Source: Callorhinchus milii (taxonomy: Eukaryota). Taken from it: a stretch of 64,000 bases of DNA. Of the stretch, positions 46,458-58,320 are shown in pieces. The translations under genes were made by a program, and so were the position numbers. The DNA is taken from positions 9,920,001-9,984,000 of the forward strand of contig NW_024704751.1 in the NCBI RefSeq assembly GCF_018977255.1, read 5' to 3'. Position 1 is the first letter of the stretch, and each line of letters opens with the position of its first letter. A model generated the notes under the pieces. It saw only the letters and a program-made list of their open reading frames with translations. It ran no database searches and was not told where the DNA came from.

Positions 46458-47666
46458 TTAGGCAATCTCCTTTATTCTCTGAATGTAGCTATGTAGTTCC
46501 TCTGGGTCTCTGAGCCCCATGTCCTGGCAAACCCACTCAATGTCTTCCTCATCAGCTATAGGGATGGAGTTGTAGGCGAGTCCGTGCTCCTCTGACGGCA
46601 GTGTGGTGAAGGTGGTGAATTTGACTCTCTTGCGTTTGGAGGTGGGCGAGTGTAATGGATCCTCGTTGTGCTCCTTTCCTGAGCTCCCAGATGAACCATC
46701 TGCTCTGCTGTGAACTTGACTCTGCACACTTGTCTGTGAGCTGCCACTGCTCTGGTGGTCACTGTGGCAGCAGGTCTGGATATTTTCAAGAGGGTTGCCG
46801 GGACTTTCGGGCTGTGGTGAGAGATCGGGCTGAGTACGAAGGGGTTGCCCATTGCCTAGAAACACCCAGTGATGTGAGTGGTCCATATTGGCCTGTCCTT
46901 CTGGGGGAATGCGTTTGTGTCTGTACTTGAGAACAAAGACAATGCAGTTTATTAGGAAGACTAGTATGGCGAGGCAGAAGACCCCCAATAATGCATACAT
47001 TCCAATCTCCAAGTCTGTCAGACCACGTGGTGTTGAATCATTTGGATCTGCAAAGTCATTCATTTTAGGCAGGTCCTTAGACAGTTCTGTGTTGTCGATG
47101 TCAATAGGAATGCTGGGCAACTGTGTGTTATCATAGTGTGCGCCACTGTCCTGCATGCCATCAGTGCCCCTACCTGGTCCCACACGAGGGTCTGTCCTTT
47201 CTTCTACACTTGACTTTGCTGTTGTACTGACTTTTCGTACAGCACTTTCCTCACGGTCACTTTGTGAAGATGAGGTGCCTGGCATCAAATTGTCCTTTGG
47301 TCTCCGCCCAAAGGAATCACTTTCAAATTTATCCCCATCAGGTCCGTAATCTTCATTGATATTTTCTGAATCTTCCTCGGATCCATCTTCTGATCCAAAA
47401 CGCACCTTCACATTGACCAGAGCTACAGACAACACACTCTTGCGCTTGATCTTCTGGCATGTTTCACAGATCAAAAGTTCTGCCTTGATCATTTCACCTG
47501 AACCCTCCCCTTCTGCTGTGATCAGAGACCAGGCAGGATTGTGGGACGTCGAGACCACTTTATTATCCAGTGTGCTAACTGTCAGTGTGTAGTCTCTGAC
47601 ATCAAACAGAGTTAAAGGTGCTGCTGTATTGTCGCTGTAAAAAATCCATGTGCTCAGGACACCTTC
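46458..47666 (-). CDS. TMEM132E: TMEM132E terminal coding exon (end of the last Ig-like domain, juxtamembrane linker, TM helix, cytoplasmic tail, stop)
   Basis: Acceptor tttttattag|GAAGGT at 47666; 1209 bp, phase 0, in frame with ORF 46458..47558. Translation includes RGLTDLEIGMYALLGVFCLAILVFLINCIVFVLKYRHKRIPPEGQANMDHSHHWVFLGNGQPLR, SPTSKRKRVKFTTFTT and the C-terminus RIKEIA*, which I recognise as specific to the TMEM132E paralogue. Confidence 0.96.
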   Translation of the reverse strand, partial: EGVLSTWIFYSDNTAAPLTLFDVRDYTLTVSTLDNKVVSTSHNPAWSLITAEGEGSGEMIKAELLICETCQKIKRKSVLSVALVNVKVRFGSEDGSEEDSENINEDYGPDGDKFESDSFGRRPKDNLMPGTSSSQSDREESAVRKVSTTAKSSVEERTDPRVGPGRGTDGMQDSGAHYDNTQLPSIPIDIDNTELSKDLPKMNDFADPNDSTPRGLTDLEIGMYALLGVFCLAILVFLINCIVFVLKYRHKRIPPEGQANMDHSHHWVFLGNGQPLRTQPDLSPQPESPGNPLENIQTCCHSDHQSSGSSQTSVQSQVHSRADGSSGSSGKEHNEDPLHSPTSKRKRVKFTTFTTLPSEEHGLAYNSIPIADEEDIEWVCQDMGLRDPEELHSYIQRIKEIA

Positions 47667-49197
47667 CTAATAAAAACACAAAAAAGTTATGATTAATAAT
47701 GATTTACACCATTTTTGAAATGTGTGTGATCTGGAAATGTAGGACTTTATATACATTTATACACTAACTGAAATATTCCACTAACCAGTGACTGCAGTAC
47801 GTGGCTAGTACAAATCTACAGTTCAGGATTTTAAACTGACTTCATCAAGCTCATCAATGGAATGGAAACTCTTTAAAACCGAAGAATTGGCCAGTCGGTT
47901 CTGAGCTCTGAAATGTTTTTCTCTCCAAGTAATCCATTAAATCAGAGAACTACTTCAAAGACTGTGAGACAGAAGGTTTTCATTTCATTTAGAGAATAAC
48001 ATTAGCTGAAAATCCTTTATACCTTTGCTTTATTTGCATTTTCCATTATAATATTCAGCACCACTGTATAATTTCACAGAATATCCTTTTAGAAGTTATT
48101 ACGCAATAGATTTGATTAAAATGTAACATATAGAAGAAAGGATTGAATTGTCAAATGTGTAGCTTGATAATTGCTGCACCTTTTCTTGGCTTTAGTGCAG
48201 CAGAATTTGGCACAGTTTCAATAAATCAGACTCCTTCACTGTATGGGATTTACAGAGGCTACAATTTGCTCCTTAAACAGCATTTTGAAAAACACATCTC
48301 TTCATTCACAAACATACAGTAATATTTATGTAAAGAGGAAGCTTCAATGTAATATACTCTATTTTAGACATGAAGCATTATTCGATTCTCTTTAGTAGGA
48401 AAAGATAGAGGAAGCAGCCAGCTCTTCCTGTTGACCATTTTGGTCCATCAACAGTCTCCACTTATATGGTGTTTTTCACATAAGATGAAGGACCATGAAG
48501 ACCATGGGGATCACTGAGCAGAAAAAGGAGAAAGAGTCAAAGGCAATGGTCAAAGAGGTCAATTTTTAATAGGGTAGAAGGAAGGCACAAAGCAAAGGTT
48601 TTTGGGAGACAGAATAACAGAACTAGGGGGAGCAAGTGCCTGACAGCTTGGCCACCAAAGACAGGAAAATTGGCACTGAGAAAAGAGCAGTATACCCGGC
48701 TTATAAGAACTGAGGGTAGGAGCAGAATAGGAGGAGATTGCAGAAGCAGCAAAGAGCTAGATTATGAAGGGATTTGAAGCTCAGAACAAGGGTCTGGAAT
48801 TCAATCTATTTGGATATTGGGAGCTGACAGAGCTTGGCGAGGGTGGGAGTTATGGGTGTATAATAATAATCCTCTCATTTCAAATAACGCCTTCATGTCA
48901 GAAGGATATCTCAAAGCACTTCACGGGAAATCCTGTGAAGTGTAGTAACTGTGTACTTAAGAGGCTTGTAATGATCGGCCCTGAGGCTTAATGCTATAGC
49001 CCAACTGATCGTCGAACAATCATTTTCCAGATATGACATTGTAATGGTAATTACATTTCAAAGCAACCTCACCTGACCCTCTGCAACTTTTTAAGGATAT
49101 AAACTTCTTGGTTCATATTTTAGCTGTAAACCTATCTACAAGTGCTATAAATAAAACTGACACCACCAACTGGGACATATACAGATAATACATTATT

Positions 49198-49304
49198 AAG
49201 ACCCATGCCATATGATTTATATCTCATAAATGAGCTAGCTTAAGAAGAAAGGTATGATTTATAGTCATCCATGAGTGGGATATAAATCATATCCAATGGA
49301 TCTT
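49198..49304. repeat. Imperfect inverted repeat, MITE-like
   Basis: AAGACCCATGCCATATGATTTATATCTCA versus the right-arm reverse complement AAGATCCATTGGATATGATTTATATCCCA. Confidence 0.7.
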
Positions 49305-52300
49305 CGTGATACTCTTTACATGGTAAAAATGAATCTGGCTTCAACCTCCCCTTATGCAGCAACACCATGACATCCCAAACCACCCTATGTGAGTTGATAT
49401 CATTTTGAATCTTTCTGTGTGCAGATAATCACCATTGCAGCATCTAACCCAAAGGATGTTCCACAAGGACACGGACACCATAAGGAATTTTTATGCTGTG
49501 CTCAATTGGCTGCCGAGTTTCGCCCACAAAATACACAGTATCTTACAAGAATATATTCTGTGAAATGCTTTGAGACAAGGTTTATTATTATTATAATAAG
49601 CTTTGCATTTTGAGATGTCTCAAGACAGTCTGACACATATAAACTGTCATAAGCACTGATAACACAGCATTTGCAGCCTACTTAATGACTTGTGCTTGAC
49701 CAAAGAGTTTGTGTCAAACAAAATCTGCCTCTTTCTCCTCTCCACCTGTCACCAAAACCAAGAATGGACTTTCTCTCGCAACCCTTCTCTCTTTTTCTAT
49801 ATTCTATTTCTGACTCTAATCCTACACTGTACAAAAAATGACTGTATAGACTTGACATTGCAGACAAAAACTTGACTAAATGGTGTCTCAGAGTTTTATT
49901 GTATCATGTAATCTCTACTGTACTATGATTCAAGAAAATGTAAATTTCACTCAATTAAAACAAAGATGATGAGAGTGCTTACAAATATGGGTTTAACAAG
50001 GTGCTGAATTGCTTTGTCACTTAGATTAACATTTAATATTGGAGTAGAACAGAAGGATCTTTACCCTTCATGTTTCTGTGCTGGAGCTGTCCAAGGAGAG
50101 AGGTTGATGCTAATAGTAAATGTCAATGATGGAGGAGTAAGTGTTCTAGGCCGTGCACATCTTTCACCTTGATGAGCACAAGAAGAGCACATTTTAGTGC
50201 CAAAGGGAATGATACATTTCCCATTGAAAGTGAAAAACAATTTTTGTGAACATTTGTCATAAATAGCAGGCTTTTAAGATCGTTCTTTCAAAAGGATGAT
50301 TAGATCTTAATGATTCGAAACATATTAAAATGTCCCAGGTATGAGAAATGAATATAATATAGCTCATTACTTACAAGCTACCAAAAATGACTCAATAACC
50401 ACTATTACAGTGTTGTACTTCTCACCTCCTCCCCCCACTTATAATTTTTGTTTTCTACATGCCTTGGAAAGAGAGTTTTCAATGGTAAATACTCCCAATT
50501 TATACTTTATAGAATAAGAGATTTTGTATATTTGTCACTCTCCACCACATATTATTGAATATCCTTCATTGGCAATTTTTTCTGCTGAGTAGAATATAAT
50601 TTTGCTGGATATACCTTTGGGCATCATCGTATGACTTTCCTGCAGTGCTTGCCATTATAAATAAGGCCCTGCACCCCAGTCAGCAGTTCAGTTATATTTA
50701 ACTGCCAAGTACAGGCAATTTATTCTATCCCTAAAAGGAGATGCAGTGGGTGTGTGCCACAAAATGCACAAGTCCATATTCGATCCTGAACTGTGTTTTC
50801 AGTTTTTTCTTGATTGAATATTTCTTGATTTATAGCATCAATTAAGAAACATTCGATCAGGAAAATTTATTGTGTTGGCGACCATATAGCCTGGCCACGA
50901 CTGATATAGAGAATGCAGACACTCAAAAGATTCTGCAAGAATGGTAATGGTGATTCTTGTAAGATTGTCTTCTAAGATGGTTTGAAACAATGGTTTCTAT
51001 TAAAATCACTGTAAACATGATGAACGCAGGCCACCTTGTAACAATGGATCGATGTACAGACCAAAAGTGCCATAAACAAACAGGGTGTATTTTATTATAT
51101 TATATTTAGTAGGAGTATATTTAGTGTGACCGAGTAGTGTGACGCTAGAATAGCTTACCAGCTATTCAATGAGCTTCAGGCCTTCTTGTCCTGATTTGAA
51201 AAGACTACGATAACTCATGCCTGCAGGATGAAGAGTTATGAGGCTTTTACATTCATGAAAGACCTGAAATAATCATTAAATGTTCCTCGACATCTGTCTC
51301 CTGTATGATGGACCGGAGGAGCCCATTTGTTCTGAATTGCAGCAGCAGCATATTTATTATTTAAGTACAGTTCCAATTTGCGGGCAATTGACCTGCAGGC
51401 TTTCACCCACACAGGTGACAGCAGATCAACCCATTAAAAAAATAACAATATTGCTGTTCTTGCAATGACTAATAATCTGAAACATAAGGTTAAAAAAAGG
51501 TTGCTTTGACCACCAATAATTTGTGGTCTTAAAAAAAANCTAGACTTAATTTGAAACTGGAGACAGTCTTTACAGTTCTGTAATGTAGTCAAAAGCTTTT
51601 GAAATGTAATCTTTTACCACTGATAACAATTTCACTATTCAGTGTTCCCCACACTGGTCATTTGGATGGAAATGAGAAAGTAGTACGTTGCATCCCGAGT
51701 CTGACTCTGGACTATCTTCTGTACACGCTGACTGAAGCTTATAATTCTGATGCTGCCCTAAACTCCAGTTAACCTTGACCTTATTGCATTTTTATTTCTT
51801 CAGGCTATAAGCCTGATCTCACACTGACAGCAAACGTCATAAAAGGAAGGTTATCATCACCCAGAGACAGACTGGTTTCCTGTAACTTCATTGGAATTAA
51901 TATAATAGATTTCATAATTGGAAGTACAGAACGGTTCAATAACACCCCCCACCTCCCCATACATTGATTCACTAGTGCTGTAGTATTCCTTGTGGGTTCA
52001 ATGAAGAAAAAATGATACCATCACAGGTAGCACTGTCATTGTAAAATAAATATTATTCCATTATGTGACAAGGGAAGTGAATTGGGATTTTGTACTGTAT
52101 ATTATGTTGTACCAGATTTACACTATGCCACAACTGGGTACAGTGCTCGGATCTGTATGGGTGTATTGAATGGAACTATCTTCAGTTATATTAAGAGCCT
52201 CAGCAGAACACGAGAGCACAGATTCAAGATACAAAGGTTTAAGGATAGATACCAGTAAGCACTTATTTACGCACCAGGTAATCAGTAAATAAATAATCCT

Positions 52301-53937
52301 TGTATTTGATTTAGAGCTTTTCATGTCAGGAGTGTGGCTCAAAGCGCTTCAAAGTTTGCTTTAAAGTGTGTATCTGTAGGTGAATGAGTTACCCAGAAGG
52401 GCTGTCAAAGTCAGGGTGTTGGACTCATTTAATAATAATAATAAGGAACAGCTTGATGAGAGGATGGTAAAGTCGATTTTTTGTAAGGATGAAATCAACC
52501 TTGCTGAAGGGCCTTCTTCACCTGAACCGATCTTGTGAAAACACTGGATTTTGGTTTTAATTGCAATTAGTGGTGTAATGATGAGAAACAAATGATCTGA
52601 ATCTTGACAGTTATCCAATTCTAACCACCTTAGAGAGATTTGTTTGGAATGCTTTAAATTAACAATGTCCCAATGGTAATGCTCACTGACACTTTTACCT
52701 GGTTAAATACCAATTTCTTGACTCTCATTCAGGTAACTGAATTATAAGTGTTAGCCTATAAGTAGCATGTTCTGATAATGCTTGTGTTCCATTCAATAAT
52801 CAGTTTGTCTTAAAACTCGCAAAGGCAGAATAAATAATAGAGCCAAACAGTAAAATAATTTTCTACTTGTGTTAAGCGCTGAATTTTTATCATGACAAGA
52901 TCATGTTCAATTTGAAGATTAAAAAGTTCAGTAACAATTCTCTCCAAACTCAAAATGTAAATGAGCAAAAAGGCTAGGTTATCAGTCCTATTACTGTTAA
53001 TTCTGACCAAGTTCAAAGACGATATTTAGGTCATTTAAAAAGCAATCTTTTCCACCCAAGGGATAGATTGTCTGTTCCCCATTCATCTGAGAGTTACCAA
53101 TGCTGAGTGCTTCAGAGCCGTTTACTGAAGGAACCCTTGGATAGGATAAGGAACAATTGCAACTGTAGTAATGCATAAATGTTGCGCTCAATTTGGAGAC
53201 ATATAGTTTAATGTTGCATCAGCTTGTAGTAAAACTAATGTTGACTATGTTTAGCTTTCCATTCAAACTTGATGCATCATTTGACTTAGAATCCCAAAAC
53301 CCTGAGCCTATCTATATTGAAATTGTGCTTCTCATTCTGCTAAGAATGACTGAGGCAGAGTTAAATGTGCTTGTGGTTTCTAATTGTAATTTTAAGCACA
53401 TCATTTATGGTTCGGAAAATCAGTGCTGTTGTAGCATAAGCAATTGTTTTGAAAAGCCATTGGGAGAAGAAGTTGAGCTGCTGGAATAACTTTAAGAGAT
53501 GTATGTAATGAACCATCAATAACCTTTCTACCACTTTTGTTATGCCCAGTTACTGAGCTACTTGGATTAGAAGTCCACATATACTGAAGAATAATTCTAT
53601 CAAGACTCTCAGCTGATCAATGAGTTCCTACAAATTTCATAAAATATTTTTGGAAGTATAAAGTAGTTCAGTCTCGGAGAGCCTGACTGGAAAAATGCTA
53701 GACTTGAGTGTTGTAAGACTAAAATGAACAAGAGGTCAATGAATGATCCCAAATCATGGCTATTTTGCTAACCCCAAACAACCTCCGAAAATGACACTTA
53801 ATTGTTTTAAATCATAAAGTTTGAGATGCTTCAGTTTCTTCTTTTTTTTGTTTGAATACCTCCACCCTACTTGAACTTTTTAATATAAAGCATCATCTGA
53901 TTAATGCTGATGGATTAACTCACTAGTCCATAAATTT

Positions 53938-54030
53938 AGTCAATTCACTTTACAGTATATTCTGTGAAGTGCTTTGAGACGTCTCAAAGACGTGATAAGG
54001 CGCTGTATCAAATGCAAAGATTAATATTAT
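53938..54030 (+). mobile_element. SINE 3' tail fragment (intronic)
   Basis: Near-consensus tail. Confidence 0.85.
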
Positions 54031-54779
54031 TTACAAGAATAATATCTCCACTTCTAAGCGTGAGTCAGAAAAAGCAAATCATTATGTACATAAAGAATGC
54101 ATTAATTTAAAAAATGTGACTATAAAATTCACAGAAGTGAGAGAACATTATTAAAAATCTAGTATTTATTTGCTCCGGTGCATATAATTGTATTGAATCT
54201 CCACACTCCGAGCTGCCCTTTGATTTGTATCCAATGTCAAGTATAGTTTCAGATTATACCCTAAAGCCAACTCCATTAAGATGCAAATAGTGCATTAGGC
54301 CAAGTGGAAGGGAAGCAGCTCACGGCAATCCTGTTAAGAAGTGCTTCACTCTAAACTAATTAGGAGGTTTATATCACAGTCAGAAATCAAAGTAAAACAA
54401 TGAATTAATTTCATTACTTTTCTGATCAGAACTTATCAAATCCAAACAGAATCCTAATCGTGGAAAATAAGATTCCTTGCCCTTTAATACCAACAGACAG
54501 AAGGAAAGGAACAGAATTATGTTCGGGCCCTATGGGCACCTCACTGCTGATTGTGGATATACTGATTGCTGTAGTACTAGAAACTGATTTATGATGGTCT
54601 GCAGTCTGCAACCCACCAGCTGCCCTACTTACTTTTATTCCATTTTAATGAACACGTATGAAATCCCTTGCATATTGACACTATGCAATTAGTTTTCTAA
54701 AGTTTGCCAATTTCAAGCAGCACAAAGTAAAGTTTATTTTACTCTACAACAATATTACTTCACTCTTGTGCGGAACTGT

Positions 54780-54940
54780 AAGCCAAGCATGATGGTGACC
54801 ATGGCCACGGTCGAAGAGGAAGGTCTTTAGGCGTGATCTGAAAATGGGGAAAGAAGGGGGCAAGGATTGAGTTTCAAAGTTTCGGGGAGTAGTGGCTGAA
54901 AGCAAGGTCATCGCTGGTGGAACGGAGGGGATGAGGAACA
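54780..54940 (-). mobile_element. L2 3' fragment
   Basis: ORF 54744..54941 contains FRSRLKTFLFDR. Confidence 0.65.
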
Positions 54941-55044
54941 AACAGGATATCCCAAAGTGCTTTGTAGGATTTAAGCGGAGTGACTGTTTATGTAAGACAA
55001 TGCGGCAGCTCTGAGCGCCTAGCAGGCAACCTAATTGTGCACTG

Positions 55045-55200
55045 CAAATCGGGTAGGGTTGTCCTAGCTGGACGAGCAGTGGGAAACCTTGCTGGACAAT
55101 GCGTCCAATGGAAAGCTACGTGGTTATACCTGTTTGGACTCCCAACACACACTATGAGTCCATAAGCCTTGGCTGTTGCCAACCTGTTCCTAACACTCTC
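55045..55200. repeat. Unclassified old interspersed repeat, copy 2
   Basis: TCGGGTAGGGTTGTCCTAGCTGGACGAGCAG...CCTTGGCTGTTGCCAACCTG is the inverse of 19885-20030. Confidence 0.65.
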
Positions 55201-56944
55201 TGGAATTAGGTAAGCAAAACGCGTCCCTCCAAAAAGACTCCATTCCAATAAATATCTTGAGAATTTCCATGTATAGGTGGGATGCATGGAACTCTCAGTT
55301 TGGTTTAGATACTGTTAAGCATGATAATATGTTTCTGCCTGTGACAGACACCCGAATGACAAAAAAAACCCTGAAATCTCCTAATTACCTACAGCTAAAT
55401 TACTAAAACTCAAGGTAAGCGAGTGCACACAGAGTGAAGTACAGACAACAGTAAAAGCTTCCTGCTAGTAAGCAGAAGATGGCCCAAGTCTTTGCATCGA
55501 CTCTCAAAGTCTGGCACCATAAATTATTATTGGTTTAATTGACCCAAAATAAAAATTGATATCAAAACAGCAAAGCTTTTGTGCTACAATAAATCTAGCA
55601 CAGACGTTATCTAACTGCTTGATGTGTTGAATTGGTAGCGAGACTATAGCTAGACTTATTCAGAGAATGCTATAGTTAGAGCATTCTACAGTATGCTCTG
55701 CTGTAGAATACTTCACGAATGAATCTGGTCAAACACTCATAGCATAACAATGCCATTTAAGTTCACACAAAGTGTATATACAAGACTCGATCTCTGAACA
55801 GTGATTGCTTGTTACTGCTAAAATGTTTTTAAAAATATCCTATATGATAGCTGCTGAATGATTTCTCTGCCCAGGTTAACTGGAGGATGAACCTTCCGGT
55901 CCTAATTGGTGATGCACATTATCCACAATAAACCACTCAGAGATGTGCAGAGACAAGGTCACCAATGTGAAAGGAGATGTTTGCTTCACTTTCTAATTGT
56001 TCAGAGGATGTACAGCGAATACTGAAGATTAGGGGTTATCCCTTTCTTCATTCAGTCTTTTTTAAGCTCCATCGCACTGAAGCACACATGGTCATTACGG
56101 AGTTACTATTATCCATCAGTATCTATAATACGAAAGCTACCGTCCATTTGACCTTATAGACATAATTTTTCATATGATTATTCAGCTGTTTACAGGTAAA
56201 CATGTTAAAAGCACCAGTTAGCCTCATCTGTGAGGGTCACCAGTCACTCAGAGAATGCGGTTTGAAGTGAACCCTTGATGTAGCTTGCCACCAATGTAAA
56301 AACCTGTTTACACTTGTAGCAATGAGATTGTAGGAATCATAATGTATATAATACATATAATGGGTCCTATTGAGATTCATAATGAGTTGGTAATGTTAGT
56401 TCAGTAATTTCCAATACAGCAAAATACAATTTATATTTATATTGTTCTTTCACATTTGAAGGACATCTCACAAGGCTTTACACAGCTGGCTGGGCACCCA
56501 AAGCCAAAGGTGGGGAGTGGGGGGGAAGGAGGTGAAAAGATGGGGAGGGAAAGATTGCCTATAGTGTAGTGAAAGAGGCAAGTCTTAAGGCAAGCTTTAA
56601 AAGTGGGGAGGGAGGGGTTGAATTGGAGGGACTATTTTTGGTGATCATCCTAAATTAATTGTTGATGTGTATCTTGAATTCTTATATTCTTATAATGCAT
56701 CAAAAAGAAAACAAAGTTAATCCTAGTATCCCAGCCAACAATCATCCTGAATAATCAGGACTGTTTGTGGGATCCTGTTGGTCCAAATGTTTACCTAGAA
56801 AACATTCAATATACTTGGCAGTGATTACTTATGAAGTGCTTTGAGACATGTTGATGTGATAAGAAGTCTTACAAAGGTAATGTTCTTCTAGACTTTGCTA
56901 ATAGTGGTGGTTCTCAAGTTGATTAATTGACAAGATCACTCTAC

Positions 56945-57136
56945 CTGTTTGATTGTTTGCAGGGTTTGACGGGCAGTTGTCCTGGCAATGAAAGTATGAC
57001 TGTTTCCAGGATTGGATTCCAGACTCAGTGACAGACCAGAGACAAGCTCTGCTCGGAGGTCAGTAATGGTCACCTTATCATCAGCAACAGTCACCGATGT
57101 TTCTCCCAGTACAGCCTCCATTAGCGGAGAGACAAC
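56945..57136 (-). CDS. TMEM132E: TMEM132E internal coding exon (VVSPLMEAVLGETSVTVADDKV...QTIKQ)
   Basis: Acceptor ttgcag|GTTGTC, donor AAACAG|gtagag; 192 bp, phase 0/0; joins in frame to the terminal exon. Confidence 0.95.
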
Positions 57137-57704
57137 CTGCAAAGATTGAAATGAAAATTAGACACCTGGCAAAGCTCTAACACACTGACAAATGAAAAGT
57201 CAACTCTCTTTTCCAGCTAATAGAGACATTCAGAGTATTGCATTTCTGGCGTACTATATCCCTTTCACCAGCTCAAGCCTATGATTGCACCTGAAAAACT
57301 GTCAGTGTCTGAAATTATCAGTCCTTGCGAGTCTATCTCATGCTGATTGTTAAAAATAATGATCTATTCCTCGTCTTTATCGTTATATCCTCTCTTTAGC
57401 ACTTCCTATGCCATGTGACTAAAGAGTGTGTGGATAGCAATCTGCTCTGAGACATTCGTCATTTGTATTCTCTCTAGCTGGTAAGTGTCTGTGAGACGCG
57501 CTCCAGTGAGGAGCATGGTGACTTATCAATTCCTTCATTCATACAGTTCGGAACAAATCAAATTCACCTTCACTGTGAGCTGTGCCTAAATAGAAATGAA
57601 GATCTTCCCTTGGGAAAGGTCAGACTGAGATCTGATGCCCTGTGTTCTGCTCTGGCTTCCACATTGAGGGTTAGAGTGTTTGAGGGTCCTGAGCCCATCA
57701 ATAA

Positions 57705-57970
57705 CAACACATGACATTAGCACAGAGCCTTTCATGTCGGGAGGATGTCCCAAGGAGCTGGACAGTCAGGATTGGTTTCTCTATAGTCACCAATCGCCTC
57801 CTTCAAGGTACATCTCAAGACCCTCCACTTCGACCGTGGCTTCAGCCACCCTCCTACCCCTCCTAAACCCAACCCCCAGCTTGGGTCCAAATCCCTGACT
57901 GTCCAACACCTTGGGACGTCCTCCCAACGTGAAAGGCATTGTATACATGTAACTTTGTTGTTGTTGTTGG
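57705..57970. mobile_element. L2 3' end (+, ~57790-57968) preceded by an inverted L2 tail (-, ~57705-57772)
   Basis: CTTTCATGTCGGGAGGATGTCCCAAGGAGCTGGACAGTCAGGAT is the reverse complement of ATCCCTGACTGTCCAACACCTTGGGACGTCCTCCCAACGTGAAAGG. Confidence 0.8.
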
Positions 57971-58134
57971 ACAACTGGCATGGGTTGATGCTACCTCCAA
58001 ATTGCTATCCCTTCCTCTTTGTGCCTTTTCTCCTGACCTTCCTGTGACAACAGACTCCCTTGTGTAGACAAACACAGGACAAAACCGCCTGGTACCATAG
58101 CATGATTCAACAACTTGCATTTATATAGCGCACT

Positions 58135-58320
58135 TTTTTTCCCCTTCTACTGGAGAATACCTCTTCCCTTTGTACTTCATCCAAGGGGTCATATGTGAGA
58201 TTTGACAATGTTTATTGGCAGGCTAGTCAGTCTGCCTTCACCCAATGTCCACCCACACACATGAAAACTGCATTTGCCTTCATAACACTGTGTTGCTGAG
58301 ATCAATTGTAGCCACAACAA
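58135..58320 (-). mobile_element. Degenerate LF-SINE-like fragment
   Basis: CATATGTGAG...GGCAGGCTA...CCTTCACCCAATGTCCACCCACACAC...CTGAGATCAATTGTAG, the inverse of the motif order at 8150-8460. Confidence 0.45.

Noticed and set aside
46556-47592. Overlapping alternative-frame and antisense ORFs within the TMEM132E last exon
   Set aside because: Shadows of a real coding exon, with no independent support.
48054-50097. REST/NRSE half-sites (TTCAGCACC at ~48054, AAGGTGCTGAA at ~49998, GCTGTCC at ~50086)
   Set aside because: Only isolated halves in the wrong order or spacing; no complete RE1 site.
51539-51539. Single N after an A-run
   Set aside because: Assembly ambiguity, not biology.
55663-55710. 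Two short overlapping hairpins (AGAATGCT/AGCATTCT and ATTCTACAG/CTGTAGAAT)
   Set aside because: Stems of 8-9 bp can arise by chance or local template switching; no other support.
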